NCBI RefSeq assembly: GCF_003704095.1
Contig: NW_020844363.1
Location: 682,001 to 746,000 of the forward strand
Reading direction: 5' to 3'
Origin: Pocillopora damicornis
Lineage: Eukaryota
DNA: 64,000 nucleotides
Shown: one piece after another, positions 62,458 to 64,000 of the stretch
How positions within the stretch are numbered: the stretch's first letter is position 1
How the letters are laid out: each line of letters opens with the position of its first letter
Program-made: the position numbers and the translations under genes
Notes under the pieces: model-generated
What the model saw: only the letters and a program-made list of their open reading frames with translations
Told to the model about the DNA's origin: nothing
Databases searched by the model: none

Positions 62458-64000
62458 ATGGCGGATTTAAATTTTAGCCAACTGCAAAATTCCTCGATTT
62501 CAAATGGCGAGGAACCTGATACCGAATACTTGGTGCTTGCACCTGTTCTGGGGCTCATAATGCTGCTCGCCATATCTGGTAACATGACCCTTATCATCAC
62601 AATATGCCGCACTCGTAAACTGCGCACGTGCACAAACATGTTCATCTTAAACCAGGCATGCGCAGACCTGGGAGTCGCTTTATTTTGTATGCCATTTTCA
62701 ATCATCACGTGCTACACACGAGACTGGATATTTGGTGACAGTATATGCCATCTAAATGGGTTTGTGAACATTCTGTTTGAGGCTTCATCGTTGTTTACGC
62801 TTACTTCGATAAGCATCGAGAAATACTTTTCCATCGTCAAGCCTATGAGGGTTGTCATAACAAAAAAGGTGACAGTCACCATAGTTGCCATGACGTGGTT
62901 TACAGCACTTGGGCTTGCAACCTTACCGTTGACAGGATTCATTGCGTTTGAATTTAAGCCGGGTAAGTAAAAATTTTTTTTTCCATTATGAATAATTTTT
63001 GAAAAAAATGAGCAACAAGTTTTAGAAGTCAATTATTAGTGCAGTTTGGGGTAAAAATTACAATTGATTAAGTATTCCAGAATTTCCCAAGAAATTTTAT
63101 TTGCTTACTTTTCAATAACATACATAGAAATTTAACTTCTTAGACTATTTGAGATTTAATTTAGTGAGGTGTTTTCAGCCCAAACGAGCATGCTGAAATG
63201 TCGCAAGTATGAATGTTTATTGAGGTAATAAATTTTTATTAACAGATTTATTACACCCAGTTTGAAATCACTGGTGGTCCCTGTAATCTGATTGGCTCTA
63301 ATTGGTGCGATTTATTCACGAATCGTACCATTTTTTGCTTTAAACGCATCTTTTTCCCAGCCAATGAAGAGGCTACACTAAAAACAAAACAACCAATCAG
63401 ATTTCAAGGCTTGTTCAAAGTAACCGATCAAATTGCAGGAAAATGAAAGACAAAGACTATCATACGGCAAATTTTGCAACTTTTGTTTCCAAAACTCCTA
63501 TTTCCCCCCCGCCCCTAAAAAAAAAAGATGAATTTAATTTCAAACCGGCTCAGTACTACATTAATAAAATATTTGAACTGACCAAGTCCTATATTTTGGC
63601 GATTTCAAAATGGATGCAATAGCCCGATAGTTAATCGATTAATGATTAATAACGGTAACTGAACCTCGTGTCGTGCAATTTTGGTCTGAAATCATACTTG
63701 TGATTACAAATCACGCGTATGATTTCAGCCCAAATTGCACTCCACTCATTTCAATTACCGTTATTAATCATTAATCGATTAACTATCGGGCGAAAAGTTG
63801 GCAGGGTTATGGAGTAACACAAGCTCGGCATAAAAGCCTATGAACCAAAAGAAAAGCTGCAAACAGTTTTAACAATTTTCTTCATTCCTTAGGGTCAACT
63901 CAGTGTGGAGTTCAAATCTCATCTAATGTTGGTCAAACCATTTACTCATTGGTGGTTCTTGGAGTCGCCTTCCTTATGCCGCTATGTATCATGGGATTCT
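62458..64000 (+). CDS. Rhodopsin-like (class A) GPCR, 5' partial (TM1-TM5), continues beyond window
   Basis: Exon 62458-62962 (GN in TM1, TNMFILNQACADL, WIFGDSIC, SIEKY, W in TM4) splices in phase 1 to exon 63893-64000 (GSTQCGV...FLMPLCIMGF: ECL2 Cys and TM5). Acceptor at 62446 just upstream of the ATG. Confidence 0.92.
63253..63791. mobile_element. Interspersed repeat ending in a long foldback (63622-63791) in the GPCR intron
   Basis: Perfect 37-bp inverted repeat GCCCGATAGTTAATCGATTAATGATTAATAACGGTAA (63622-63658 / 63755-63791) around a core related to the 4449-4608 element. The left boundary is approximate. Confidence 0.7.

Noticed and set aside
336-63032. Most short ORFs in the six-frame track
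   Set aside because: They are intronic, antisense shadows of real exons, repeat-derived, or read-through extensions of exons into introns; they show no independent coding signal.

Overview
Eukaryotic, intron-rich, AT-rich animal DNA. Gene content and repeat types point to an anthozoan cnidarian, probably a stony coral (inference). By manual GT-AG splicing with frame checks I reconstruct five genes: (1) a complete PDZ-GEF/RAPGEF2-6 orthologue (+, 45 coding exons, 7971-38632, ~1316 aa, ending QVSAV*); (2) a two-pore-domain K+ channel (-, 42864-40596); (3) a full-length p100/p105-type NF-kB (+, 21 coding exons, 46970-57123, ~926 aa: RHD-NLS-GRR-ankyrins-death domain-DSGxxS degrons); (4) an atypical rhodopsin-class GPCR with an intronless CDS (-, 59118-58090); (5) the 5' part of a second class A GPCR (+, 62458 to window end). 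Introns and intergenic DNA carry palindromic MITE-like elements, tRNA-derived SINEs and a TSD-flanked foldback element with hammerhead-ribozyme-like cores. There are three assembly gaps. The most notable observations are the NF-kB promoter (kB sites plus a C/EBP-ATF element), a possible bidirectional promoter, probably overlapping NF-kB/GPCR 3' ends, and the hammerhead-like foldback in an NF-kB intron. I found no clearly novel multi-gene system; the findings are regulatory and structural hypotheses.
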